A stretch of DNA of 64,000 nt from Escherichia phage AV117. The stretch lies in the sequence record OR352947.1. The stretch is one strand, 5' to 3'. Shown here one piece after another: positions 19,267 to 27,656 of the stretch; position 1 is the first letter of the stretch, and each line of letters begins with the position of its first letter. The position numbers and the translations under genes were made by a program. Under the pieces are notes generated by a model. The model was given only the letters and a program-made list of their open reading frames with translations, did not search any database and was not told where the DNA came from.

Positions 19267-20247
19267 TTATTTCAGTAAAGTTACTTCAGAGATTTCCTCC
19301 CAACCATCTTTATCAGTTGAAATAAAATCTGCTACATAAAGAGCCGTACGTAATGATACATTGCGAAGACGAGATACGTTGGCCTTCATCCAGGACAATG
19401 CTTTATACGTTTCTGCATCTGTCAGACCACGTTTCTGCATCATGTCAGTAGATAATATTACATCTTCAACTCGAACCATAATCTCTTCATTAGAGTGTAC
19501 TCCGAGGTCGAGATACACTGAACGAGATACTAAAGCTTGAAGGTGTGGGGCAAGTTTCGAACCGCGTTCTAACTCTTTATCGATATCAACGTTTGTAATG
19601 AAAACGATAGTACCTTCAAACTCAAATTCTTTATCAATACCCTTATCATCGAGATAAGATGACGCAGTGCTCCAGCAAACTTTGCGTTTATCTCCAGTAT
19701 CTAATGCTGCTTTAAGAAGGTTCAAGATGTCCATATCCGAGAATACGTCAACGTCGTCGATTAAGAGAACGCTGTCTGCATCACGGTTGAGCCAAAGTTG
19801 TTCGTAAAGGCCAATACCAGAGATTTTACCATTAATGCTTTTGTATTTGATGAAACCATTATCATTAGCATTATTAAGTGCTTTATCCAGAGAATACGTC
19901 TTACCAATACCAGCTGCACCTGAAATAATGAGTGAACGAATTTTGCCATCGATAATGCCATTCGTCATCATGTTCATTACTTTAAAGCGTTTGTTGATAC
20001 GAGTTTTCATATCTTCAGTGCTTTCAACAACTGCAACTGGTGATGTCTCAACTCCTTCCATTACGATGTCTGATTTGAAGACCCATACTCCACGTTCAGA
20101 ACCATCAATCATAACGAAAATTTTACCATCACCTAAGTGGGAACATTCAGGATTAAGCTTTGCCGGGAACCATGTCTTTGTGGCAACATAAGAACCAGAG
20201 ATTTCGTTATTACGATAGATACCTTTTTTGATTTGAACGTTGAACAT
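19267..20247 (-). CDS. P-loop NTPase (AAA-like) with N-terminal domain
   Basis: Walker A GAAGIGKT, Walker B LLIDDVD, possible sensor-1 FITN; start moved to ATG 20247 with SD GGAGAATAAA. Confidence 0.55.
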   Translation of the reverse strand: MFNVQIKKGIYRNNEISGSYVATKTWFPAKLNPECSHLGDGKIFVMIDGSERGVWVFKSDIVMEGVETSPVAVVESTEDMKTRINKRFKVMNMMTNGIIDGKIRSLIISGAAGIGKTYSLDKALNNANDNGFIKYKSINGKISGIGLYEQLWLNRDADSVLLIDDVDVFSDMDILNLLKAALDTGDKRKVCWSTASSYLDDKGIDKEFEFEGTIVFITNVDIDKELERGSKLAPHLQALVSRSVYLDLGVHSNEEIMVRVEDVILSTDMMQKRGLTDAETYKALSWMKANVSRLRNVSLRTALYVADFISTDKDGWEEISEVTLLK

Positions 20248-20285
20248 TTTATTCTCCAATTTACTCATTTCGTTTCGATAGGTCT

Positions 20286-20314
20286 ATAATAACATATCCT
20301 AAAAGCATGTACAC
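20286..20314 (-). promoter_or_regulatory. Early-type promoter (GTGTAC-N17-TATTAT)
   Basis: Conserved gataggtctataataaca box shared with the 18810 promoter. Confidence 0.4.
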
Positions 20315-20345
20315 TACTTTTTTAAAAATATTTTAACCCCCTAAA

Positions 20346-20361
20346 GGGACCCGAAGGTCCC
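20346..20361 (-). terminator. RNA hairpin GGGACC-UUCG-GGUCCC (terminator or stability element); part of a 28-bp exact repeat
   Basis: 20336-20363 is identical to 38836-38863; sits just 3' of the stop of 20367-20630. Confidence 0.45.
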
Positions 20362-20366
20362 CACAT

Positions 20367-20630
20367 TTACTTATCGCACTTAGCAACATAATTAGGCATA
20401 TCACAGAATACGGAGCGAGTAACTACTCGGCCCTTTGACCATGCTTCAGTTGCTTGTCCGGCTGTGCTATTAATATAGCTTGATCTAATGTTCTCAATAC
20501 CCTGAGAATGTGATGCATTTACAGAACCATTAGAAGTCCCAGAAGACTGGTTACTACCAGCTGCACCCGTGGTAGCACCAACAGAGAATGCCATCATTAC
20601 TGCGAATAAACCAATTACTAATTTTTTCAT
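20367..20630 (-). CDS. Small secreted protein (signal peptide)
   Basis: 87 aa; N-terminal MKKLVIGLFAVMMAFSVGA, then Ser/Gly/Asn-rich region and C-terminal cysteine pair. Confidence 0.5.
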   Translation of the reverse strand: MKKLVIGLFAVMMAFSVGATTGAAGSNQSSGTSNGSVNASHSQGIENIRSSYINSTAGQATEAWSKGRVVTRSVFCDMPNYVAKCDK

Positions 20631-20661
20631 ATTTACCTCAAGTTAATGGTTATTTATCTAC

Positions 20662-21651
20662 TTATTTATAGTAAGAATTATGATTTTCGAGATAGACTTG
20701 TTCAAGGAAGTCATCCCAGAAACTCATATCTACTTTTTGTTGCATACCGTTCTTGGCAGCTTGTTCTGACGCATGTTCAACTTGGTCAACGATATCTTCT
20801 AGGAATTCTTGAACAGTTTTAAACGTATGTTTACCAAGCTTAACATCGAGAATAAATGGAGCATCCTGAAGTGGGTAAACCAGGTCGCCTGTTTTGTAAA
20901 TTTCCAATAATTGAAGTCCACCACGACATGCATGACTCAATGCTTTCCAGTCAATACCTTCGTTAGCTTCTGCCTTACGAGCACGTTCACCATAGTTCTC
21001 TTCCAGTTTAACCAGGATGGCATTGAACTCTTTATTGGTTAACGTGTCTTGGAATTTACGGTCTAACAGATTATAGAATGTTTGCTTACCTGTTTTCTCG
21101 TTTTCAGTTTCAACCCACGAAGCAAATTCACCTACAGGCAGAACATTCTTCATATGTGATAAACGAATTACCGCACCATTATCAAAGTATTGTCCCCATT
21201 CATTAGAACGTTTAAGGGCTTGACGAAGAACAGCCAGTCGAGAACCCTTGACACCGTATTTAGAAGCTTGCTTACGGACATACCCTAAATAAGATTTCAT
21301 GTTAGTGGTATAGAAACGAGACCTGTTATCTTGAATATACTTCCATACATCAGGCAAATCAGATTTAACTACTAAACTTGGTGGAGTGTGAAGCATATCT
21401 AATGCGACGGTTTCACCATCCGCCGCTAATTTAAAGAAATATTTGAGACTATACAACTCATGGTCTACGTCGTCTTTTGTGTTCTTAGAAGATGTGTTAT
21501 TCGTGTTCTTGCTCATGTGTTCTTTAACGTTACCGGTCAAGATATCACGAGCGTGAGGGACATAAATTTCTTTAAAATCGACGTCAGATTCAGGAGTAGA
21601 CGTTCCGTAAAGGTGGCTACCAAAGTAGCCTTTCATAATTGTTTTCATCAT
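20662..21651 (-). CDS. Pol-beta-superfamily nucleotidyltransferase-fold protein
   Basis: N-terminal GS-x9-13-DxD signature (YFGSHLYGTSTPESDVDF) plus downstream acidic strand TVALDMLH; 329 aa with helical C-terminal half; ATG overlaps the upstream stop (ATGATGA). Confidence 0.6.
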   Translation of the reverse strand: MMKTIMKGYFGSHLYGTSTPESDVDFKEIYVPHARDILTGNVKEHMSKNTNNTSSKNTKDDVDHELYSLKYFFKLAADGETVALDMLHTPPSLVVKSDLPDVWKYIQDNRSRFYTTNMKSYLGYVRKQASKYGVKGSRLAVLRQALKRSNEWGQYFDNGAVIRLSHMKNVLPVGEFASWVETENEKTGKQTFYNLLDRKFQDTLTNKEFNAILVKLEENYGERARKAEANEGIDWKALSHACRGGLQLLEIYKTGDLVYPLQDAPFILDVKLGKHTFKTVQEFLEDIVDQVEHASEQAAKNGMQQKVDMSFWDDFLEQVYLENHNSYYK

Positions 21652-22121
21652 TTAGCCTTATATTCAAGAGTAGGACAGATTTTTTCTTTACGAGCTTTAA
21701 GGTATTCACCTATTAATGATTTCTTACGTTCAATAGGTTCAAGTCCGTTTTTAATTCGTTCTTGGTTTTGCGCAATGAGCTCAATTTCTTTATAATATTT
21801 TCTGTCGTTATATTTGTCTAACAACCAAGACGGACCAATTACCAACCCGGCAGAAATAAAAGCCATGACTGCTACCATTAAAATGCCTACACCAATTGAG
21901 GCCGGAACTAATGTCCATAGACTGCTAAAAACAAAGAATCTAGTTAAAATTTCTTGGCCAATGATTGTTACTGCTGCTAAAATCGCAAATCCAATAATTG
22001 AAACAGCCAATACCGGGATTAACGTTTTCCAAAAATAAGCACACAACGTTTTCGGACGATTCCATGTACTATTGAACGCGGCATAAATTTTAAAGTGCCA
22101 AGAGTTTTCATTGATAATCAT
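21648..22121 (-). CDS. Hypothetical membrane protein
   Basis: 157 aa with three or four hydrophobic helices; SD AAGGAATT; coupled to the NTase gene. Confidence 0.5.
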   Translation of the reverse strand: MIINENSWHFKIYAAFNSTWNRPKTLCAYFWKTLIPVLAVSIIGFAILAAVTIIGQEILTRFFVFSSLWTLVPASIGVGILMVAVMAFISAGLVIGPSWLLDKYNDRKYYKEIELIAQNQERIKNGLEPIERKKSLIGEYLKARKEKICPTLEYKAK

Positions 22122-22130
22122 AATAATTCC

Positions 22131-22661
22131 TTATTTCAAAGTCGGGATAATAGAATCAAGATAAGCTTTAAGAGCAACTGCTTCATCTTTGTCTAATGTA
22201 ACGATATGTTGACGAAGGTCATCAATTTGACGAATAACTACGACATCACCATCTTCATAAGAAGGATTAACGCCTAGGACTGTTGTATAGTCAGGGCGGT
22301 CCTGATTTGTAATAAAAGCATTACGGCATTTAGCCCATTGAAGTTTGGCCTTTTTGGCTGTTTCAGATTCCATGAATTCTTTCACTTTAGCGACGAATGT
22401 TTTCCAATTATTAATAGAAAAACATTCGTCTTCAGTTTCGATATTAACCCCACTATAAAGTCCATGATAAAAACGAACTTGAAGGTCTTCGTTAATGTTA
22501 ATTACAGATGCATGACCCGGTGGATTGAGTTTCAAAATCTTGTCTAGTTCCATAGGAAGAATAGTAGCAGCATCATCTTCTTGTGTCAGAACATACACAT
22601 AACCACGTTTTTCGATACATAAATCACCAAACAACTCGGTTGTTTCAATTACAGTTTTCAT
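22131..22661 (-). CDS. Hypothetical protein (first large gene of the NTase cassette)
   Basis: Start at ATG 22661 (MKTVIETTELF...); ORF-track start is TTG; coupled to the upstream small ORF (TAATATG). Confidence 0.5.
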   Translation of the reverse strand: MKTVIETTELFGDLCIEKRGYVYVLTQEDDAATILPMELDKILKLNPPGHASVININEDLQVRFYHGLYSGVNIETEDECFSINNWKTFVAKVKEFMESETAKKAKLQWAKCRNAFITNQDRPDYTTVLGVNPSYEDGDVVVIRQIDDLRQHIVTLDKDEAVALKAYLDSIIPTLK

Positions 22662-22662
22662 A

Positions 22663-22842
22663 TTATTCACCAATTAAAGTTTCAACAAAATTCACCAAAG
22701 CATTCTGACAAGCATCAACCTGATTTTCATAAAAGTCTACATTATCATTTACCGCATGATAAGCTACATCATTCAAATCTGAATCGGCTTCACGTAAGTC
22801 ACGGATAAGGTCCATCAATTTATTAGCTTGTTCACGGGTCAT
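22663..22842 (-). CDS. Hypothetical small acidic protein (59 aa)
   Basis: Hand translation MTREQANKLMDLIRDLREADSDLNDVAYHAVNDNVDFYENQVDACQNALVNFVETLIGE; a possible 36-aa hydrophobic peptide ORF lies upstream (about 22838-22948). Confidence 0.3.
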   Translation of the reverse strand: MTREQANKLMDLIRDLREADSDLNDVAYHAVNDNVDFYENQVDACQNALVNFVETLIGE

Positions 22843-22977
22843 TTTACCATACTCGTTTCAATAAGATTCACTATGCCGTTTACCATGTTATAAGTAAACA
22901 TCGGATAATTGTATTGTACTACAACATAAGCGATAAGCAAAAGTTTCATTTTGTTCTCCATTTGTTTTGGTAGGACT

Positions 22978-23008
22978 ACTATAACATAGTCCTACCAAGA
23001 CGTAAACT
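22978..23008 (-). promoter_or_regulatory. Early promoter (GTTTAC ... TATAGT) inside palindrome TAGGACT/AGTCCTA
   Basis: Minus strand GTTTACgtcttggtaggactatgtTATAGTagtcctacc. Confidence 0.45.
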
Positions 23009-23216
23009 ACCGATTGTGTTTTAAATGTTGATAAAGCTCTTCAACTTGTTTGGGGTCCAAAACAATTAAGTCATTTTCTTGGCGAAGATAAATCCATCCC
23101 TTATCCCCAGGGCCATTTTTACAAAACATCACCACCACCATATCATCATCTTCAGCGCTTTCAGGTAAAAGTTCAAGTACACCGTCTTCAGATTTTCCAG
23201 TATAATCGTAAAGCAT
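23007..23216 (-). CDS. Hypothetical small protein
   Basis: Start at ATG 23216 (MLYDYTGKSEDG...) with SD GAGGATATT. Confidence 0.4.
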   Translation of the reverse strand: MLYDYTGKSEDGVLELLPESAEDDDMVVVMFCKNGPGDKGWIYLRQENDLIVLDPKQVEELYQHLKHNR

Positions 23217-23223
23217 AATATCC

Positions 23224-23403
23224 TCACATAATCTCGTTAACATACATTTGCAATTCGGTGTGGGCATCGGCCATCTTTTTCATAGCTCTGTTAATGTCGA
23301 TGTCTCCATCTTCGCAACCATGAGCATTTTCCCAATCAGATACCGCATTAGCGTACTCTTCAATCAAAAACATTAACTTAGAAATTTTTTCTTTACGTGA
23401 CAT
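23224..23403 (-). CDS. Hypothetical small protein
   Basis: Start at ATG 23403 (MSRKEKISK...) with SD GAGGAGAACG. Confidence 0.4.
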   Translation of the reverse strand: MSRKEKISKLMFLIEEYANAVSDWENAHGCEDGDIDINRAMKKMADAHTELQMYVNEIM

Positions 23404-23465
23404 AACGTTCTCCTCTAGTAAGTAAAGACTACTATAACACAACCTGAGGAGAAGTAAACTGCTAA

Positions 23466-23498
23466 ATGCAAAAAAGCCCCAACCGTAAGGAAGGGGCT
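23466..23498 (-). terminator. Rho-independent terminator after rI
   Basis: Hairpin AGCCCC...GGGGCU followed by UUUUUGC on the minus strand; near-identical to the terminator at 39535-39567. Confidence 0.55.
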
Positions 23499-23504
23499 AG
23501 TAAA

Positions 23505-23807
23505 TTAGATAGATGTAGGCTCTAATTTTATTTTCATGAACTCGGCAAATTGTCTGGCAGTTTTTATGCCTTGTTCATGACATTCAAATGCATCATCACA
23601 GGGGCTATTTTTGTAATGCTTTGCCATATACTTATAGAATTTTTCAGAATTCTCGACATTTTGAATTTCAAACAAAGTATATACGTTTTTAATCCCTGAT
23701 TCCATAAAGTTGTCAAAATATGGGTCAGTATACGCAGTACCAACGATAGGAGTTGTTGCTGCAAAAAACCCCAGCATCGCCATGACAGCTATCGCTCTTA
23801 AGGCCAT
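23505..23807 (-). CDS. rI: Lysis inhibition regulator rI (periplasmic, signal-anchored)
   Basis: 100 aa, MALRAIAVMAMLGFF...DPYFDNFMESGIKNVYTLFE...; immediately downstream of tk as in T4. Confidence 0.7.
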   Translation of the reverse strand: MALRAIAVMAMLGFFAATTPIVGTAYTDPYFDNFMESGIKNVYTLFEIQNVENSEKFYKYMAKHYKNSPCDDAFECHEQGIKTARQFAEFMKIKLEPTSI

Positions 23808-23819
23808 ATAGGCCTCCTG

Positions 23820-24032
23820 TTAATTTTGGCCAGTATTTATTTTTCGCCTTTGGACGGCCTTAACATCTGTGAGGTATTTTTCCAGCTTGCGCTTGCGTGT
23901 ATAATCAGCTTTAGAACCAGTTTGACGGATATCCTCGTTTAAATGAGAAATAGAATGTCCTAATTCTCTTCGGATTTCATCCAATTGGGTTACAGTAAGA
24001 TTACGAAGTTGTCTTTCGTTTAATTGCTGCAT
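23820..24032 (-). CDS. Hypothetical protein (rI.1 position)
   Basis: 70-aa basic ORF between tk and rI. Confidence 0.5.
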   Translation of the reverse strand: MQQLNERQLRNLTVTQLDEIRRELGHSISHLNEDIRQTGSKADYTRKRKLEKYLTDVKAVQRRKINTGQN

Positions 24033-24059
24033 ATATACCTCTTGGTTAGATATTAGTAT

Positions 24060-24641
24060 TTATAACAACCCTGTCAAATCATTCCAATGCTTCCGGCATA
24101 ATGACACATATCTATCGGTATCACCAATTTCAATTTGACTGCCATCCGTAATTGGAAGTCCGTCTTCCGTGACTCTAGCTACCATTGTGGCCTTTTTACC
24201 ACAATGACAGACACCTTTAAGTTCAACAAGCTTATCGGCAATAGCCATTAATGCTTGAGAACCTTCAAATAGATTACCTTTAAAATCTGTTCGTAGTCCA
24301 TATGCCATTACTGGCACATTGTATACGTCAACAATACGACTAAGTTGATACACCTTTTCAGTAGTTAAGAACTGAGCTTCGTCAACAAATACACAATGAA
24401 TATCCTTTTGTGCTGCAGCCCATTTATAGAATTCAAAGATATCCATGTCTTTTGTAATTATATTGGCGTCCTGACGAATACCAATACGGGAGACTATTTC
24501 ACCTTTTGAATCGCGAGTATCAATAGCCGGTTTAAGAACTAATACACCCATGCCACGTTCTTTATAGTTATGTGCGGCAGTAAGTAATGAAGCAGACTTA
24601 CCAGCGTTCATAGCGGCATATGTAAAAATTAAACTAGCCAT
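24060..24641 (-). CDS. tk: Thymidine kinase
   Basis: 193 aa; P-loop MNAGKS; C-terminal zinc ribbon CHCGKKAT...CRKHW. Confidence 0.9.
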   Translation of the reverse strand: MASLIFTYAAMNAGKSASLLTAAHNYKERGMGVLVLKPAIDTRDSKGEIVSRIGIRQDANIITKDMDIFEFYKWAAAQKDIHCVFVDEAQFLTTEKVYQLSRIVDVYNVPVMAYGLRTDFKGNLFEGSQALMAIADKLVELKGVCHCGKKATMVARVTEDGLPITDGSQIEIGDTDRYVSLCRKHWNDLTGLL

Positions 24642-24650
24642 AAGAGTCCC

Positions 24651-24833
24651 TTATAGTGAATTCACGTAGTCAATGAGTTCTTGTTCTTTCCTGTCAAATG
24701 ATTCCAACAATGCTTGATATTCTTCATCTGTTAAAGGAGCATATTCATCGTACGCATTGGTGGCTGCTTGCTCATCCAATAGGTCATGGATAAGTTCGAA
24801 CAGTTTAGCTTTCTCTTCTTTAGTTAATTTCAT
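24651..24833 (-). CDS. Hypothetical acidic protein (tk.1 position)
   Basis: 60-aa ORF. Confidence 0.5.
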   Translation of the reverse strand: MKLTKEEKAKLFELIHDLLDEQAATNAYDEYAPLTDEEYQALLESFDRKEQELIDYVNSL

Positions 24834-25057
24834 TTAGGTTCACCTTCTTTAACGAAATCCGGGTAAGGGTAAAATCCTGAGTAAAACCCTTCACCTTTAT
24901 GATTGCTACAACCTTTGTTCGAACAGTAACACCAATAATCAAAATCACAAGCCATTTCGTCATTGCATAAAGCAAAAACTACAGGCCATTCGCATTTTTC
25001 GCATTTAGCACCTGTAAGAATTTTTGTTTGACTCATAGCCATGTCACCTTTAAGCAA
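24830..25057 (-). CDS. Hypothetical cysteine-rich protein
   Basis: 75 aa with 10 Cys (CEKCEW...CNDEMACDFDYWCYCSNKGC). Confidence 0.5.
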   Translation of the reverse strand: MLKGDMAMSQTKILTGAKCEKCEWPVVFALCNDEMACDFDYWCYCSNKGCSNHKGEGFYSGFYPYPDFVKEGEPK

Positions 25058-25260
25058 TATTCTTCTATATGTTGTTTACGGCCTTTCTTATCAATAAAGG
25101 TATATTCAACGAATGTTCCGATGTAGTCTTTATCTACATCATGTGGACTATTAATTGGACATTTGGTACGACAAATGCGTTCCCATTGACGAATAATTAC
25201 TGCCTTATTCTTTGGGTCATATGGATGTGGATAATGTATATTCATAATAATGGTTCCCAA
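25033..25260 (-). CDS. Hypothetical protein
   Basis: 75-aa ORF; start may be the internal MNIHYPHPYDP. Confidence 0.45.
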   Translation of the reverse strand: MGTIIMNIHYPHPYDPKNKAVIIRQWERICRTKCPINSPHDVDKDYIGTFVEYTFIDKKGRKQHIEEYCLKVTWL

Positions 25261-25709
25261 TCAACAATCACAATTTCTAGTTTAGTGGAATACGTATCTA
25301 AAATCTCTTCGATGACATCCCAGTTTCCACCACCAATACCTGCACCAATTCTTGGCATATAAATTACAGGCTTTGTTATCTTATTCTTTCCGAATTCATT
25401 TAATTCTATTATACAATTCATTAAAGCAGAGTACTCAAAATTAGGTCCCGGCTCAAACTGTGTATAAAGATTAAAGCAATAAGCTTTATGGGTCTTAAAA
25501 TATTTTTCATAAACCGAATAAGTCCCGAGTTTAGACTCGTCTCCAAATTCGGTTTGAAGTTTATCGGCTTCCAGAATTTTTGGATAAGCCTTTGCTAATT
25601 GTCCTGCCACGCCAGCGCCCATTGTATGAAAACAATTACACCCATGAGCGATATTATTACCTTTAGAAAACAGGGCGACAATATCGCCCTTGATATAGTT
25701 TTTAATCAC
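25242..25709 (-). CDS. Macrodomain protein, TARG1/OARD1-like (putative ADP-ribose hydrolase)
   Basis: Motifs KGDIVALF...AHGCNCFHTMGAGVAG and VIYMPRIGAGIGGGNWDVIEEIL parallel the TARG1 signature; no ATG at the N-terminus, GTG at 25709 with SD AGAGGA proposed. Confidence 0.6.
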   Translation of the reverse strand: MIKNYIKGDIVALFSKGNNIAHGCNCFHTMGAGVAGQLAKAYPKILEADKLQTEFGDESKLGTYSVYEKYFKTHKAYCFNLYTQFEPGPNFEYSALMNCIIELNEFGKNKITKPVIYMPRIGAGIGGGNWDVIEEILDTYSTKLEIVIVDWEPLL

Positions 25710-26049
25710 TTGCTGCAAGTCCTCTATTATAAGAGTCAACTAGACGGTCCACCATAGAATTGCATGCTGCCTTATCTTTAGGTTCCGCCACCGAGCATTC
25801 TAATATTTGCCATTTTTTATAGTATCTTTTAATTAAGGTAGACGCCTTGAACCTACTAGACGCCCCATCTTTTTCTCCGTCTTTATACGCATATAACAAT
25901 TTTTGTGAAAAATCTACTTTACACTCTTGACTTTTACCACAATAATCAGACGCTGTTCTGTTTGTATACTCCGTTACATCAGTATATGTAGTATTAGCAA
26001 GAGCGTTAAATGAAACCAAGCCAACTATTAAAGCCAACATTTTGGTCAT
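25702..26049 (-). CDS. Secreted or periplasmic protein (T4 vs position)
   Basis: 115 aa; signal peptide MTKMLALIVGLVSFNALA; four Cys. Confidence 0.5.
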   Translation of the reverse strand: MTKMLALIVGLVSFNALANTTYTDVTEYTNRTASDYCGKSQECKVDFSQKLLYAYKDGEKDGASSRFKASTLIKRYYKKWQILECSVAEPKDKAACNSMVDRLVDSYNRGLAASD

Positions 26050-26588
26050 TCTTTTATTTCCAGTAGTTTGTTTGATTTAAGGTAATTAGCCTTTTCTAGG
26101 ACTTCAGAAGCATATTTACTTCCAGCACTTGTCTTCCATCCCGCATTATATGAGGATATAGCTTTTCTTATATCCCCGTTATGTATATTTAACCAATAAG
26201 AAAATTCGATATAAGCCCATCTGGCTGAATTAGACCGCTTAGATAGCATTTTCTTAATTTGGGCATCAGACATATTATAACCAAGCTGGTTAATTCTTGC
26301 CCTCATTGTTGGTAGATAATTTTGGAACATTCCATACGCATGGTGACCTTTCTTATCTTTAAGATTAATACCGGCAGATGATTCCTGCCATAGTATTGCG
26401 GCCATTATGTATCCAAGTCCTTTCTTATGCATATTTTCATGCGTTTTAAATTTTCCGTCCTTAGAAAACTGTTCCCCAAACTGATAAGCATAATTCAAGT
26501 TATCGAGTTGGACATTACTAAAAGTATGCTCGGAGCTATGTGCTGATAATGAAAGAGCAAATAGACCAGCGAGTAGTGCTTTTCTCAT
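26046..26588 (-). CDS. Periplasmic soluble lytic transglycosylase-like protein (vs.1 position)
   Basis: Signal peptide MRKALLAGLFALSLSAHS; SLT family-1 motifs AILWQESS, GMFQ, SYNAGW. Confidence 0.6.
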   Translation of the reverse strand: MRKALLAGLFALSLSAHSSEHTFSNVQLDNLNYAYQFGEQFSKDGKFKTHENMHKKGLGYIMAAILWQESSAGINLKDKKGHHAYGMFQNYLPTMRARINQLGYNMSDAQIKKMLSKRSNSARWAYIEFSYWLNIHNGDIRKAISSYNAGWKTSAGSKYASEVLEKANYLKSNKLLEIKE

Positions 26589-26596
26589 GTTTACCT

Positions 26597-27055
26597 CTAG
26601 ATTTTAATCACTGCTTTAGAAGCTTTTCCTGGTAGTCGTTTACTGTTAATAATAGCCATTCTGCATTGAAGAGTCTTCATTTTGAATGCTGGATTTTCGC
26701 GACAAACTGTAAGTCCTAACCAAAGATTTCCGTCAGTTATTTCTAAACGGCCTGGGCGATATTCGACACCTTCGACAAAATCTTCATCAACATCTGGACG
26801 TGCCGGCATTGATAAAAATTCTGCAACTTCTTTAACATGATTTTTTACTTTACGAAATAATTCAAAAACGTAGTTCTCATCTATTTCTCTCTGGATGGCA
26901 CGATCTAAGAGATGTTGAGAATACTTGATATGAAAGCCTGGTAATCCAAGAGACTTTGCAGCATCTTTTATACTGGCATTTATTTTGCGGAACTCCGTTT
27001 CAAAGATTCGACGGAGTTTATTACGGCGGATAAAAACGTCTGAATTGATAGTCAT
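26597..27055 (-). CDS. regB: Endoribonuclease RegB
   Basis: 152 aa, MTINSDVFIRRNKLRR...HLLDRAIQREIDENYVFELF...RLPGKASKAVIKI; SD GGAGA. Confidence 0.85.
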   Translation of the reverse strand: MTINSDVFIRRNKLRRIFETEFRKINASIKDAAKSLGLPGFHIKYSQHLLDRAIQREIDENYVFELFRKVKNHVKEVAEFLSMPARPDVDEDFVEGVEYRPGRLEITDGNLWLGLTVCRENPAFKMKTLQCRMAIINSKRLPGKASKAVIKI

Positions 27056-27083
27056 TTTGATTTCTCCTCTAGTTGACAGGTCT

Positions 27084-27112
27084 ATAGTAACACATCTAGA
27101 GGAGAAGTAAAC
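27084..27112 (-). promoter_or_regulatory. Early promoter of regB (GTTTAC-N17-TACTAT)
   Basis: Minus strand GTTTACttctcctctagatgtgtTACTATagacctgtcaac; near-identical cassette at 38786-38814. Confidence 0.55.
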
Positions 27113-27411
27113 TACTCTTTGAAAGGAATTAACTTTTTAACTGCTTTAGATACTTCGTCACGAACCTGGTGGAAGTTCTTGAGCTGTTCAAGGCGTTGTT
27201 CGTAATACGCAATCTCATCTTCTTCAAGACAATCGTCAGCGTCTTCTTTCAGATATGCCTTGTACTCATTAAAGAGGGCCCATAGGCGATTCTCAAAGTC
27301 ATCAAGGCTTTGAATTTTCTTGTGCTTCGGAACAAGGCCAAAAGGATTGCTTTCAGTTATGCGTCGAGATGCTTCATAATGAGTTCCAAAGCCTGATAGG
27401 ATTTGAGCCAT
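27112..27411 (-). CDS. Hypothetical protein (vs.3 position)
   Basis: Start at ATG 27411 (MAQILSGFG...), overlapping the upstream stop (TAATG). Confidence 0.5.
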   Translation of the reverse strand: MAQILSGFGTHYEASRRITESNPFGLVPKHKKIQSLDDFENRLWALFNEYKAYLKEDADDCLEEDEIAYYEQRLEQLKNFHQVRDEVSKAVKKLIPFKE

Positions 27412-27656
27412 TAGTATTTTTCCTCTGGTTGAAATACCGCACGACAAGCCCACATACTAGCTTCCTTTAGGCGTTCTTTAGCACAGTTCAATTGGGACAA
27501 AGCAGTCAGAGCTTCAGGAGTATTTGCTGATAATGCTTCTTCTGCCAGGGCGTCTAGAATAAGTCCTAAACGAACTTCGGCATCTTTAATAGCGTTCACT
27601 TTACCGATTTTATCATCGGTATGCGGTTTGTAGCCTTTGATGTCTTCAATCGACAT
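27411..27656 (-). CDS. Hypothetical protein
   Basis: Start at internal ATG 27656 ([12 protein letters not shown]...). Confidence 0.45.
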   Translation of the reverse strand: MSIEDIKGYKPHTDDKIGKVNAIKDAEVRLGLILDALAEEALSANTPEALTALSQLNCAKERLKEASMWACRAVFQPEEKY

